Positions 1 to 10,152 of a stretch of 64,000 nucleotides of DNA are shown piece after piece. The DNA is from an uncultured delta proteobacterium (GTDB lineage Bacteria; Desulfobacterota; RBG-13-43-22). The position numbers were made by a program, and so were the translations under genes. The number at the start of each line of letters is the position of its first letter. The stretch's first letter is position 1. Location: positions 32,001-96,000 of the forward strand of contig CAWDKY010000017.1 in the NCBI GenBank assembly GCA_963802945.1. The letters run 5' to 3'. Below the pieces are notes generated by a model. The model did no database searches and had not been told where the DNA came from. It saw only the letters and a program-made list of their open reading frames with translations.

Positions 1-215
1 TCGCATTGCCGCTCCAGGGTGATCTCGGTGATTTCTACTGCCTCCTCTTCTTTTTTACGAGCAATACGGATTTCCGATCCCAGGATTTCAACCTCTTTTG
101 TCCCCCCGGCATTGCACACGGTCACACACCCTTTACATCCGGCGACCAGAATCTTCTTATATGGCTGGATCATGGCCAGAATTTCGTTGATAGGTTTTCT
201 TTCCGCCACAACCAT
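1..215 (-). CDS. metV: Methylenetetrahydrofolate reductase small subunit MetV (5' part; runs off the window)
   Basis: Hand translation MVVAERKPINEILAMIQPYKKILVAGCKGCVTVCNAGGTKEVEILG...ITLERQC; GGAGG RBS; directly downstream of mvhD. Confidence 0.8.
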   Translation of the reverse strand, partial: MVVAERKPINEILAMIQPYKKILVAGCKGCVTVCNAGGTKEVEILGSEIRIARKKEEEAVEITEITLERQC

Positions 216-229
216 AGGTTTCCTCCCTT

Positions 230-306
230 TACTGGATGCTAGCTACTGGATACTAGATAAGAACCATCCCAAAATTTATTATATCCAGCATCCAGTATCT
301 AGTATC
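230..306. repeat. Degenerate 7-mer tandem repeats with inverted counterpart (TACTGGA/TGCTAGC ... TCCAGCA/TCCAGTA)
   Basis: Visible in the mvhD-metV spacer; can fold as a long imperfect hairpin. Confidence 0.6.
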
Positions 307-312
307 TGTTTA

Positions 313-740
313 TTACGCTGCCTCTTCTTCAGTTCGAATCGGACTTGGTCCCAAGGCCCGGATCTTCTCGGTCATTTCTCTGGCAATTTCAGCAAAGCGG
401 GGACCTTGGGCTGCCGAGAGATTATACATTTCCACCCGTTCGGGTTCAATCCCCAGGTTCGTCAGAATTTGTTTCACCCGGGCTACCCTCTTTTTGGCTT
501 TGAGGTTTCCAGTCAGAAATGGCAATCTCCTTCCATACAACCGGCCACATAGACGCCGTCAGCCCCTTCTTCAATAGTTTTGAGAAGGTGAATCACATCC
601 ACCCGGCCGGTACAGGGGAGCATGACCACCCGGATGTTGGTCGGATATTGAAGTCTCATCGAACCTGCCAGGTCCGCGGCGCTATAAGCTCAATGCTGGC
701 AGCAGAAGGCCACAATCCTGGGCTCAAAAGGGGGGGGCAT
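313..740 (-). CDS. mvhD: MvhD/FlpD [2Fe-2S] subunit; selenoprotein (UGA at codon 17); apparent 1-nt frameshift near 517
   Basis: MPPPFEPRIVAFCCQH*AYSAADLAGSMRLQYPTNIRVVMLPCTGRVD...GADGVYVAGCMEGDCHF / LTGNLKAKKRV...; TGA at 690-692 aligns with the conserved Cys of CxxCxYxxADLAG. Confidence 0.9.
661..675 (-). promoter_or_regulatory. Putative bacterial SECIS hairpin of mvhD
   Basis: GGACCU-GGC-AGGUUC stem-loop starting 14 nt after the UGA, G in apical loop. Confidence 0.6.
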
Positions 741-809
741 TAATATTTTTTCCTCAATATTTTTTAACTCGTTCATTGATCACAGTATTTCATACTAATC
801 ATGTTGAAA

Positions 810-887
810 GTTCAGAGTTCAGAGTTCGGAGTTCAGAGTGCAGAGTCCTGAAATTGAAGTTCAACTCCGAACTCCCGACTCCGAACT
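810..887. repeat. 7-mer tandem repeats (GTTCAGA/GTTCGGA) followed by inverted copies (ACTCCGA)
   Basis: Visible in the hdrA-mvhD spacer. Confidence 0.75.
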
Positions 888-895
888 AATTACTG

Positions 896-3800
896 TCAGG
901 CCGCCATCATGGCCTGCACCTTGGCCAGCACCTGTCGGTCCGTAAAATGTTGCAGGCTGAGGGCCTTGGCCGGACATTCGGCGACGCAGACCCCGCAGCC
1001 CTGGCATCTGGTCATATCAATTTCCGCTGCTCCCCGCTCACCGATAACCGGGACCCTGAAGGGGCAGACCCGGACACAGGTCAAACAAACCGCGCAGAGG
1101 TCTTCCTGAACAACGGCCACTACGCCGCCTACCTGGATGGTCTCCTTGGCCAGTAGCGTTAAAGCCCTACCAACAGCGGCCTGGGCTTGGGCAATACTTT
1201 CATCAATGGGTTTGGGATAATGGGCCAAACCGCAAAGAAAGATCCCGGCGTTGGCAAAATCCACTGGTCGAAGTTTCATGTGGGCTTCAAGAAGAAACCC
1301 CTCACTATTCAATGGGACCTTGAGGATTTCGGAGAGTTCTTTGACAGGATTGGGAATAATTGCCGAGGCCAGAGTTAACAGCTCGGGGCTCAAGGTAATG
1401 GGTCTGCCCAGGATATGATCCATGACGGTTACCGTCAGCCGGTCTCCTTCCACTCTAACTTCCGGTTTGTTTTCCAGGCTGTAAAGGATAAAAAGGATCC
1501 CCTGATTTCGGGCTTCCCGGTATAGATCTTCCCGTACCCCGAAAGTTCTCATGTCCCGATAGAGGATATAGATATCCATTTCGGGGTTGAGCTTTTTCAG
1601 GGCCAAAGCACTTTCAACACTGTGGGTACAACAAATTTTGCTGCAGTAAGGCCGATCGGGTTCTCGAGAGCCGACGCATTGGATAAATACCGCAGTTTGG
1701 GCCTTGGTTAGGCGTTCTTCCTGATTGATAATCGCCTGATCCAATTCTAAGGCGGTTACAATCCGCGGATCCTGCCCGTAACCATAGACATCCGGTTTCC
1801 ATTCTTGCCCGCCGGTAGCCAAAATAACCAGCCCATGTTCAATATCCTGGTTTTGACCGCTTTTAACTATGGTCGTATTGAAATTACCCACAAAGCCGGA
1901 AGATTGAGAGATTTCGGTGTTGAAGTGGATCCGGATCAATGGGTTGTTGGTGACTTTATTTATTAGGTCAAGGACATATTTCCTAATATCCTCCCCTTTC
2001 CAGGTATGCCTTAATTTTAGGGCATTGCCTCCAAGTCTATCCGTTTTTTCAATCAAGTGGACTGGATAACCCTGTTCAGCCAGATGCAGGGTGGCTGTCA
2101 TTCCAGCGACCCCGCCCCCGACCACCAGGCCGGATTTCTTTAATGGAAAAGAGATTTTTTTCAAGGGTTCCAGGTAGCTGACTCGGGCCACGGCCATACG
2201 AACCAGATCTTTGGCCTTGTCGGTGGCCTTCTCCGGTTCATGTTGGTGGACCCAGGAATTCTGATCACGGATATTTGCCATGTCAAAGAGATATTTATTG
2301 ATACCTACCTCTTGAAGGGTTTCCTGGAACATAGGTTCATGAGTTCTTGGAGAACAGGAAGCAACCACGACTCGATTAATATTTTTTTCTCGGATAATCT
2401 CCTTCATTTTATCCTGGACATCCTGGGAACAGGTGAAGAGGTTCTGATCAACATGGACCACATGGGGCAAGGTTTTTGTATATTCAGCAACACTGGGAAC
2501 ATCAACGATGCCACCGATATTTATCCCACAATTACAGATAAAGACCCCAATCCGCGGTTGCTGGCCCTCAACATTGATCTCCTCAGGATATTCCTTCATC
2601 TTGATTAAAGTATTGCGAACCGAGGTCAGGGATTGGGTGGCGGCACAGGAGGCTGCCGAGGCCTCCATAACTGTCTGGGGAATATCTTTGGGTCCGCCAA
2701 AGGTCCCACAGGCATAAATGCCCGGCGTTTCCGTGCTCACCGGAGAAAAACTGCTGACCTTGACGAACTTATTATTATCCAGGGGCACACCCAATTTCTC
2801 GGCCAGGGCAATGGCTTCCGGAGAGGTCTCCACGCCAACGGAGAGGACCACCATATCAAATTCTTCCTTGTTAAGGAGATCCCCATTTTCCGATACATAT
2901 TGAATCAGGAGGTTGTCCTTGCCGGGGATCGGTTCTATGGAGGGGATGCGGGAGCGGACAAAACGGATTCCTCGTTCTTGTTCAGCCCAATTATAGTATT
3001 TCTCAAAATCTTTACCATAGGTTCGTATATCGATAAAGAATATGGTTGTCTCCAAACCCTGGGGACAATGCTCCTTGGCAATCACAGCCTCTTTTATGGC
3101 ATACATACAGCAGACCGCTGAACAATAGCCATGGTCGCAATGGTTGATGTCCCTGGATCCAATACATTGCAGCCAGGCAATCTTTTTGGGTTCCTGGTGA
3201 TCCGAAGGTCTCACTAAATGACCTTGAAAAGGACCTGAGGCCGAAAGGATCCGTTCAAATTCCAGGCTGGTTACCACATTAGGGTGTTTGGCATATTGAT
3301 AGGTTCCAAAGGAAGAAGGATCAAAGGGCTGAAATCCGGGAGCCATAATGACGGAACCGACTTGGAGGGTTATGGTTGCTTCTTGATCCTGATGGTTGAT
3401 GGCTCCGGCCTTACAAGCCGTGACGCACTGCATACATTCGGAACAAATCCCGCAATTCAAGCACCGTTCAGCTTCCTTCTTCCCTTCCTCCGGGGTGTAC
3501 CCTTTTTCCACTTCTTCGAAACAAGTACAACGGATTTCCGGAGGCACCACCTCCATGGGATGGCGGGGTTTTTTCTCTTCATCCAAGGGTAAATTGGCCC
3601 ACTGGGCCTCTTGACTCTTTTCCCTGGTTCGGCCGGCAACCAGATCTTCTCCTTGGAGATATCGATCGATGGAAATAGCGGCTTCTTGTCCTTCAGCAAC
3701 TGCCCCTATGGCGATATAAGGTCCGGTATGCATATCACCACCGGCAAATACGCCGGGAAGACCGGTGGCCAAGGTCAACGGATCCACTTCAATGGTTCCA

Positions 3801-5332
3801 TGGCGGGTGAAATTCAACCCCTTGATCCCTCCCACCGCGGCCAGGTCAGTAGCCTGTCCTATGGCGGGTATGATCATGTCAACATCCAGGACGAATTCGG
3901 ATCCCTCGATGGGGATCGGACTGCGGCGGCCGGTGGCATCCGGTTCCCCCAGTTTCATTTTAAGGCATTCCAACCCAACTGCCCGGCCCTCAGCCACAAG
4001 TGCCTTTGTTGGTGCAGCCAAATAATAGATCTTGACACCTTCGCAAAGGGAAGCCTCTATTTCTTCTTCCCAGGCGGGCATTTCTTGCCGGGTTCGGCGA
4101 TAAACGATAGTGACTTCTTTGACACCCAAACGGATGGCCGACCTGGCTACGTCAATGGCTACATTACCGCCGCCGATGATGGCCAATTTTTTCCCTAACC
4201 GGACACCCCGTTTTAAATTAATATCCCTTAGCAAGTCCGTCCCTTGAACGATTCCTTCGGCCTCCTCACCGGGTATTCCCAAATTTCTGCCCTGATGAGC
4301 CCCCAAGGCCAGATAAACCGCTTTAAAGCCCTTTACAAACAGGTCTTCAATGCTGAAATCCTTGCCTAAGGCCGAATTGGTCTTTAGAATGACTCCTAAT
4401 TTTAGAATTGAATCAATTTCATTTTGCAGAATATCTTTGGGAAGTCGGTAATCGGGGATGCCGACTTTGAGCATCCCACCGGGTTCGGGCAAGGCTTCAA
4501 AGATGGATACCAGATACCCCTTAAGGGCCAAAAAATAGGCGGCGGTTAAACCGGCCGGACCACTTCCGATGACGGCCACCTTTTTTTCCTTTTTTTCTAT
4601 TTCAGGCAGGGGAAAGGAAAGGAGATCCACCTGGTCGGCAGCCAATCGTTTCAAGTTTCTTATAGACACAGACTCATCGATACTCGCCCGGCGGCATTCG
4701 ACCTCACAAGGGTGAGGACAGATCCTTCCCAAGACCCCCACCAAAGGCAAATGTTCCCTTATTAGGGCTACCGCCTCCTTATATTTTCCTATTTTTACCA
4801 GTTGAACATATCCTTGGACATTAATATGGGCAGGGCAGGTCATGGTACATGGTGCCCTATCCAACTTTTCTATAGCGAAGGCATTAGGGAAAGCTTGGGC
4901 ATACGGTCTGTACACAGCTTTCCTTTTAGAGAGCCCCTGATCAAAAGTATTTTCTATTACCACAGGGCAGACATCAGCACAATCACCGCAACCCGTACAC
5001 TTGGATAGATCGATATATCGAGGCTTTCTCCGGACCGTTATGGTAAAATTTCCAGGTTTTCCTTGAATATTTTGGATGTCGGAAAGGGTCAAGATTTGGA
5101 TATTTAAATGTCTTCCACATTCCACGACCTTAGGAGAGAGGATACACATGGAGCAATCGTTGGTGGGAAAGGTTTTGTCCAACTGGGACATAGCCCCGCC
5201 AATGGCCGGAGATTTTTCCACCAAATAAACATAGTAGCCTGATTCAGCGAGATCCAGGGAGGCTTGAATACCGGCGATCCCGGCCCCGATCACCATAACA
5301 GCACCGACTTTATTTTCTTTTTCTCCTGCCAT
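896..5332 (-). CDS. hdrA: Large HdrA-like (HdrL-type) flavo-iron-sulfur protein with inserted GltD-like NAD(P)H oxidoreductase module
   Basis: 1478 aa; GAGIAG, LDKTFPTNDCSMC, GltD-like GRICPHPCE/GSGPAG/GGGNVAID, two CxGSR...YCSxxCC HdrA motifs, several ferredoxin motifs. Confidence 0.9.
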   Translation of the reverse strand: MAGEKENKVGAVMVIGAGIAGIQASLDLAESGYYVYLVEKSPAIGGAMSQLDKTFPTNDCSMCILSPKVVECGRHLNIQILTLSDIQNIQGKPGNFTITVRRKPRYIDLSKCTGCGDCADVCPVVIENTFDQGLSKRKAVYRPYAQAFPNAFAIEKLDRAPCTMTCPAHINVQGYVQLVKIGKYKEAVALIREHLPLVGVLGRICPHPCEVECRRASIDESVSIRNLKRLAADQVDLLSFPLPEIEKKEKKVAVIGSGPAGLTAAYFLALKGYLVSIFEALPEPGGMLKVGIPDYRLPKDILQNEIDSILKLGVILKTNSALGKDFSIEDLFVKGFKAVYLALGAHQGRNLGIPGEEAEGIVQGTDLLRDINLKRGVRLGKKLAIIGGGNVAIDVARSAIRLGVKEVTIVYRRTRQEMPAWEEEIEASLCEGVKIYYLAAPTKALVAEGRAVGLECLKMKLGEPDATGRRSPIPIEGSEFVLDVDMIIPAIGQATDLAAVGGIKGLNFTRHGTIEVDPLTLATGLPGVFAGGDMHTGPYIAIGAVAEGQEAAISIDRYLQGEDLVAGRTREKSQEAQWANLPLDEEKKPRHPMEVVPPEIRCTCFEEVEKGYTPEEGKKEAERCLNCGICSECMQCVTACKAGAINHQDQEATITLQVGSVIMAPGFQPFDPSSFGTYQYAKHPNVVTSLEFERILSASGPFQGHLVRPSDHQEPKKIAWLQCIGSRDINHCDHGYCSAVCCMYAIKEAVIAKEHCPQGLETTIFFIDIRTYGKDFEKYYNWAEQERGIRFVRSRIPSIEPIPGKDNLLIQYVSENGDLLNKEEFDMVVLSVGVETSPEAIALAEKLGVPLDNNKFVKVSSFSPVSTETPGIYACGTFGGPKDIPQTVMEASAASCAATQSLTSVRNTLIKMKEYPEEINVEGQQPRIGVFICNCGINIGGIVDVPSVAEYTKTLPHVVHVDQNLFTCSQDVQDKMKEIIREKNINRVVVASCSPRTHEPMFQETLQEVGINKYLFDMANIRDQNSWVHQHEPEKATDKAKDLVRMAVARVSYLEPLKKISFPLKKSGLVVGGGVAGMTATLHLAEQGYPVHLIEKTDRLGGNALKLRHTWKGEDIRKYVLDLINKVTNNPLIRIHFNTEISQSSGFVGNFNTTIVKSGQNQDIEHGLVILATGGQEWKPDVYGYGQDPRIVTALELDQAIINQEERLTKAQTAVFIQCVGSREPDRPYCSKICCTHSVESALALKKLNPEMDIYILYRDMRTFGVREDLYREARNQGILFILYSLENKPEVRVEGDRLTVTVMDHILGRPITLSPELLTLASAIIPNPVKELSEILKVPLNSEGFLLEAHMKLRPVDFANAGIFLCGLAHYPKPIDESIAQAQAAVGRALTLLAKETIQVGGVVAVVQEDLCAVCLTCVRVCPFRVPVIGERGAAEIDMTRCQGCGVCVAECPAKALSLQHFTDRQVLAKVQAMMAA

Positions 5333-5355
5333 ATCTTATTTCCTTAAAGGACGTC

Positions 5356-5508
5356 TCAAGAAGAGCAGTGGATAATCTGATGAGACATAGGATAGGACAC
5401 CGGACAGCCGACGCTGCATTTGCGGCATTGGTAGCAGGCCGATATTGGCCTATCCATGGCGGCCCCGACCTCATTTAGAAACTGGGAGTCAATATGTATG
5501 CCGGACAT
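5356..5508 (-). pseudogene. hdrC: Truncated hdrC-like ORF (50 aa, one 4Fe-4S motif)
   Basis: Hand translation MSGIHIDSQFLNEVGAAMDRPISACYQCRKCSVGCPVSYPMSHQIIHCSS*; AAGGTG RBS; lies between promoter and hdrA. Confidence 0.75.
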
Positions 5509-5567
5509 GTTCACCTTTAAAGCCCTTTGGCAAAGGGCGCCGATAGGGCAAAAACCTGTAAAGTGAA

Positions 5568-5596
5568 AGTATAATTTCCTATCGAGAATGGGTCAA
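5568..5596 (-). promoter_or_regulatory. sigma70 promoter of the hdr-mvhD-metV operon
   Basis: TTGACC-17 bp-TATACT. Confidence 0.7.
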
Positions 5597-5967
5597 GGAC
5601 AAAAAGGAATTTGATACCGTCACTCAAAGCGACAATTCTCTATCTGCTATGTTTATTTATCTTATCCAACGGATAGAAATGAATTAGAAATTCCAGAATG
5701 ATCATCTAGATGGTCACCCTTAATTTAAGACTGCAAAAATATTACCAAAAATCAGGGCCTGCAAGAAATCTATAGGAAATACCTGGAACTATAAGATAAC
5801 TGGTTAATTTATTAAGAAGAAGATGATGGCGATCAGTTGGGGCATTCTTTATTCGGGCAAAAAACTGTCTCCGCCTGTTAAAAACAAATGACAATATTGT
5901 AATGAAAGGGATTGATAAGTTAACAATTTTGTAAAGTTGATAGCCATTATCTATTTATTCTTACCTT

Positions 5968-6020
5968 CTGTTTTTCTCCTTGATCCCTTTTTTTCTTATC
6001 CTATATTCTTTTCATCTCAA
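5968..6020 (+). repeat. Copy of IS91-end-like promoter element
   Basis: TTTTCTCC-TTGATC-16-TATATT-CTTTTCATC, same layout as copies at 19.3, 21.2, 22.3, 23.4 and 61.3 kb. Confidence 0.6.
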
Positions 6021-6031
6021 CAAATTTATTT

Positions 6032-6106
6032 ATGATTATGCTGCAAGGTCGAATTGATATTCATCACCATGTCATCCCACCTGCCTTTATAGAGGCGATG
6101 ACCAAC
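6032..6106 (+). pseudogene. N-terminal fragment of an amidohydrolase_2-family gene, cut at an attC junction
   Basis: MLQGRIDIHHHVIPPAFIEAMTN carries the IDxHxH metal motif; similarity ends at the attC core. Confidence 0.6.
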
Positions 6107-6165
6107 GAAAAGCTAAGCCGGAGTGGCCCGAGAGGGACGCGATCTGCTTCATGCCGTTGTTATGC
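6100..6165 (-). mobile_element. Integron attC-like site
   Basis: GCATAAC-AACGG-CATGAAGC...GCTTAGC-TTTTC-GTTGGTC; stop codon of the upstream gene lies in the inverse core. Confidence 0.65.
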
Positions 6166-6956
6166 GTCATCTCCGATCCTTGATGCCAGCCAGTATTGGA
6201 GAATATCCTCCAGTCTCAGCCTCGGGATCTTGATAAGTCAACCTGACGCCAATTCCACTTCATCTGGCACCTCACGTCCCTCGCGCTCCGACCAGAAGTT
6301 CCCTTGAAGCCAGAGTTTCAAGTCCTCAAGATCACGCAGGCGAAAGAAGTTTCGACTGGCTTCCTGAGAGGCAAGCCACAAGGCGTCTCGGCTAAAAGTC
6401 GTATTTGTAACCGACAGACCGGCGTTGAAGAAGCTCCCCCTTCAAGACAATAGGCGATCAACATTTTCTCTGCCGGTCTTGCGCGCCTCTTGGTGATGTT
6501 TGACCTGAACAGCAACGAGTTGAAAAACAACGTTCGAAGCTCGGGAGCAATTAGGTCAATGCCACCATCTCGTGCATTGGTTGAACCGGTCCTCTGCACC
6601 TCAAAGCCCGCCTTGTCAAGACGCTCGGCCACTAAACTTTCAAATGACTCAGCCGAGAGTTCTCTTAAACGATCGGGTTCATTACCGAGCATTCGGAGCA
6701 GCTCCGATGTGATGTCAGAAACGGTGACAATTGTCGGAGTATCCACTGCTAGGAGGTCGAGGGAGCGACACCACCGCTGAAACGGACCGAACGTTGGGGG
6801 TTGCAAGCCAGCCTCCCACCGAGACAATGCTATCCGCGTTGTCCCAATGCTCACAGCGAGTTCCTCCTGTGAGACTCCGCTAACATCTCGAACATACTTG
6901 AGTACCCTACCAAGTTCTCGGGAAAACTCTGTCGGCTGCGCCCGGTGCTCCGCCAA
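6160..6956 (-). pseudogene. XRE-HTH fused to Mrr-like PD-(D/E)xK endonuclease; frameshift plus two internal stops; start uncertain
   Basis: SQEELAVSIGTTRIALSRWEAG; FESLVAERL..GFEV..TG...DGGIDL; shifted frame VAVQVKHH...VTNTTFSRDA...IGDDA*. Confidence 0.75.
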
Positions 6957-7392
6957 ATGAAACTCAGCATACAAGAAGATCGCTGCCAAGGCAGTTGCTT
7001 CGCCGAATCGGCGTTCATTGAACGCCACGTCTCGGGTTGTTTCGATTGACAGAAAGCACCGGCGACCTCGTTTCCTCGACGAATTGGGGAGCCCAGGAAG
7101 GCCTTGGGCAGCTCCCGTGAGGCGAAAAACCGATAGGGAAGGCAAGAAAAAAGGCAGGTGGCGGGAGGGGAAAGAAAAAATATTTGCTGGCTTTATGGAC
7201 CTGTATTTAGACCTCTGATTAAATAATATCAATCGGGTTGATCTATGGTAAGATAAAGTGCCAATGCATGGCATGGTCATGTTTATTCAAGGATTACTAC
7301 CTTGGATTAGACTCCGGCTGTGGCCGGAATAATGAAAAAATCCCTTCGGCGGGCTGTTGAGCCTGCACCTGATAAAAGAAAGGAGAAAAACT

Positions 7393-8382
7393 ATGTTCAA
7401 GACAGCCATCACCGACATGTTTGGAATCAAATATCCCATCATCTGCGGGGCAATGATGTTTTTATGCAAACCGAAACTCTGTGCGGCCATATCCAATGCC
7501 GGGGGAATGGGGAATCTTACGGCCGGAAATTGGGAAACGGAAGAAACCTTTCGCCAGGCCATTGAGGAAACCCGAAAAATGACCAGTAAACCCTTCACGG
7601 TCAACATCACTCTTTTGCCCTCGGTTCGTTTGAATCCCGAGAATTATCAAATGTGGCTCAGGGTATGTGCCGAAGAAAAAATCGCCGCCATCGAGATTTC
7701 CGGCACACCCATTGATAAGGCCCTGGGCATGGGAACCATTGAGATGCTCAAAAAAGCAGGGGTAAAGATGTTTCATAAAGTGGGATCAGTCAGACATGCG
7801 ATTCACGCCGAACATGTTGGCTATGACGGGATCTATGCGGCAGGTGTCGAAGAGGGAGGCCATCCCCTGAATGACGATGTCACCACTATGCTTTTGACCC
7901 CCAGAATCGTCGAATCGGTCAAAATACCGGTGGTTACGGTAGGAGGTATAGCCGACGGCCGATCTTTGGCCGCGGCTTTGGTTTTAGGCGCCCAGGGGGT
8001 GATGATGGCCAGCCGGTTTATCGCCACCCGGGAATGTGAAGTCCATGATAAGCACAAACAGGAACTGATAAACAGGCAGGAACATGAGACGGTTCTTTAT
8101 GGGCAGTCCACCGGCCTCCAGGGCCGGGGATTGAAGAACAAAACGGTATCGGAAATCATGGCCATTGAAAAACAAGGCGGCGGTCTGGATGATCTGATTC
8201 CCTTCATGTCCGGCCTGCGGATGAGGGAGGCCTGGATTTCGGGAGATACGGAATCCGCTGTCTTGCCGGTCGGCCAGTCCATCGGTCTGATCAGGGATAT
8301 CCCCACCTGTCAGGAACTCTTGGACCGCATGGGAAAAGAAACCGGGGACTATCTGAATAAAGCCGGGAAAATGATTCAGTAG
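7393..8382 (+). CDS. Nitronate monooxygenase / FabK-like FMN-dependent oxidoreductase
   Basis: MFKTAITDMFGIKYPIICGAM, SNAGGMG, EEGGH, GGIADGR..AAALVLGAQGV; AGGAG RBS. Confidence 0.9.
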   Translation: MFKTAITDMFGIKYPIICGAMMFLCKPKLCAAISNAGGMGNLTAGNWETEETFRQAIEETRKMTSKPFTVNITLLPSVRLNPENYQMWLRVCAEEKIAAIEISGTPIDKALGMGTIEMLKKAGVKMFHKVGSVRHAIHAEHVGYDGIYAAGVEEGGHPLNDDVTTMLLTPRIVESVKIPVVTVGGIADGRSLAAALVLGAQGVMMASRFIATRECEVHDKHKQELINRQEHETVLYGQSTGLQGRGLKNKTVSEIMAIEKQGGGLDDLIPFMSGLRMREAWISGDTESAVLPVGQSIGLIRDIPTCQELLDRMGKETGDYLNKAGKMIQ

Positions 8383-8687
8383 TTCCAAATTTTTCCAATG
8401 ATTAATCCACCGATCTAAAAAATTTTAAAAAGAAAACTGCTATGATTAGGACGCTGGCACAGTATGTCGATAGTTTGAATGATATCGTAAGTTAGCACTT
8501 GTTAAGGTAATTCAAGGAATAGAACGTATGGAAAAAAGGCGATTTTTAACGACGTCCCCATTTATGCAAGATTAGGTATCCTGACCAGTATTTGGGTTGA
8601 GGAATAGTGTCAAGATAACTCTTCTTGCGACTTACAAATGTGGTGATAAGTCAGCGCAAAGGGTTGATGATTTCCAATTGAAAGAGA

Positions 8688-8759
8688 GAGTAACACCCAA
8701 GCTCAACTGCCGCTATGAAGCGCGGCAGAATGAGGGTCAGGTGAAGCGCTGTGTTAGGC
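8688..8759 (-). mobile_element. Integron attC site
   Basis: GCCTAAC-ACAGC-GCTTCACC...GTTGAGC-TTGGGT-GTTACTC; contains the gene's TAA; matching TTAGGCT at the cassette 5' end (9651-9657). Confidence 0.75.
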
Positions 8760-9632
8760 TTTTTGGAATATCAATACATCTTGGAAGAATGCTCCAGGAA
8801 CTTCTTTCCAGTTCCCCGGATAATGGTCAATTAGTTTCATTCCAGATCTTGAAATAAGTTTATTAAGGCCGAATTCAGTGACACCTATTGCAAGTTCAGG
8901 AACTTCTGCCCATTTTGGATGTAACCAGGCATCTGATCCATAGGATGGTTGATCAAAAACCCATTGATCCTGCGACGTCATGTGAAATCTACCTTCTTGT
9001 TTTGACCTCCTGCTAAGGCTATTTCTGTAAGTTTCATCAAGCAGAAAAAACGTTACTATTGCTTTACTGTTTGGTTTGAGGACACGGCTTATCTCGTTAA
9101 AATAGAACAAAGCGTTATCTTCATTGAGATGGGTCCAAACGGACAAGGCTGTTGTTAGATCAAAGCACGCACTTTCGACAGGCCATTCTAATTTTGTGTC
9201 CTTCTGACCAGGAGCATAGACTGGATTGTTGACATCGAAATGTATAAACTCGAAATTTGCGGATGGATAATGCCCACGGCAGAAGTTGACATCCTCCTTA
9301 TTCACGTCAATGCCTATATATTTCCCATCTTGACCTAAGAAAGGTTCACTGGATATTCCCAATAACCCAGTTCCACAACCCACATCCAGTATCATGTTGT
9401 TATCTTTCTTCGGCAGATGAAGCAACATTAGAGTCTGGAAAATACCGATGACGTGTGCCCATTCGGCATAGGAATACTTACCACCTCTTCGATCACGTTC
9501 CTTTGGAATAAGGCGAATATTCTTTGTCCTGCGAATGTGTTTCCGATCTAAAGGAACGTATAAGTTGTCTAGCAAATGATACGGACTGACTCCTATTTGT
9601 CATAGTCCCTTAATGATTCTCTGTATGTTCAT
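8754..9632 (-). CDS. Class I SAM-dependent methyltransferase (cassette gene; TGA at codon 11, or restart at TTG 9575)
   Basis: ILDVGCGTG, SVWTHL, RVLKP; AT-richer than flanks; RBS-preceded ATG at 9632 reads MNIQRIIKGL*QIGVSPYHL. Confidence 0.8.
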
Positions 9633-9939
9633 TTTGGAATCCTCTTGGGAAGCCTAATAAGTTATTATAAAGAGCTTTATATCTCCTTGTTAAAACAAAA
9701 AATCTCACCCTTTTATTAAAAAGCAGGGCCGAATATTCTACTCTTGACACTCTTTTGGTTAAAGGTTGTCAGCAGAAAAAAGTTTATGGCTTTTATTACT
9801 AATTTTCAATCTATAATTCCTAAAAAGTCAAGTCAGTTTATTAACTGTTCGTTGATTACGGTTGAAATCTTGGCTTTTTTCAAATAGGGGAGGTTGAGGA
9901 GGAAAAAGCCCTCAAGTTTCCTCAAACATAGCCTCCCCA

Positions 9940-9975
9940 TAAATTTTTTTACAAATTAGCCGATTATATTATAAT
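9940..9975 (+). promoter_or_regulatory. Overlapping sigma28-like and sigma70-like promoters
   Basis: TAAA-15-GCCGATTA (9940-9966) and TTTACA-16-TATAAT (9948-9975). Confidence 0.4.
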
Positions 9976-10152
9976 ATTCCCTGTAGTTTTAAACCTACAA
10001 ATACCTTTCTTTAAGATCTTAAGAAGATTCATGGCCCGGATCGTCATTTTATAGAGACAAAGAGAAAATTCCCGGATTGGGGAGTTATGTGGAAACTATA
10101 GGACGTTACATTAGGCGGTAATCTATCATTGTAGACTGTGAAAGGATAATTT

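Noticed and set aside
810-887. CRISPR array
   Set aside because: 7-bp units without unique spacers; no cas genes; no repeat-spacer array seen anywhere in the window
5515-5590. c-di-GMP-like riboswitch upstream of hdrA
   Set aside because: The GGGCAAA motif is on the wrong strand and lacks the second stem; the region is explained by the promoter and the hdrC stub
6318-7280. 320-aa ORF as an intact gene
   Set aside because: Its N-terminus reads through intergenic sequence and its C-terminus is out of frame with the nuclease motifs
9600-9602. Selenocysteine at the TGA in the methyltransferase N-terminus
   Set aside because: No Cys-motif context and no obvious SECIS; more likely a nonsense change or error
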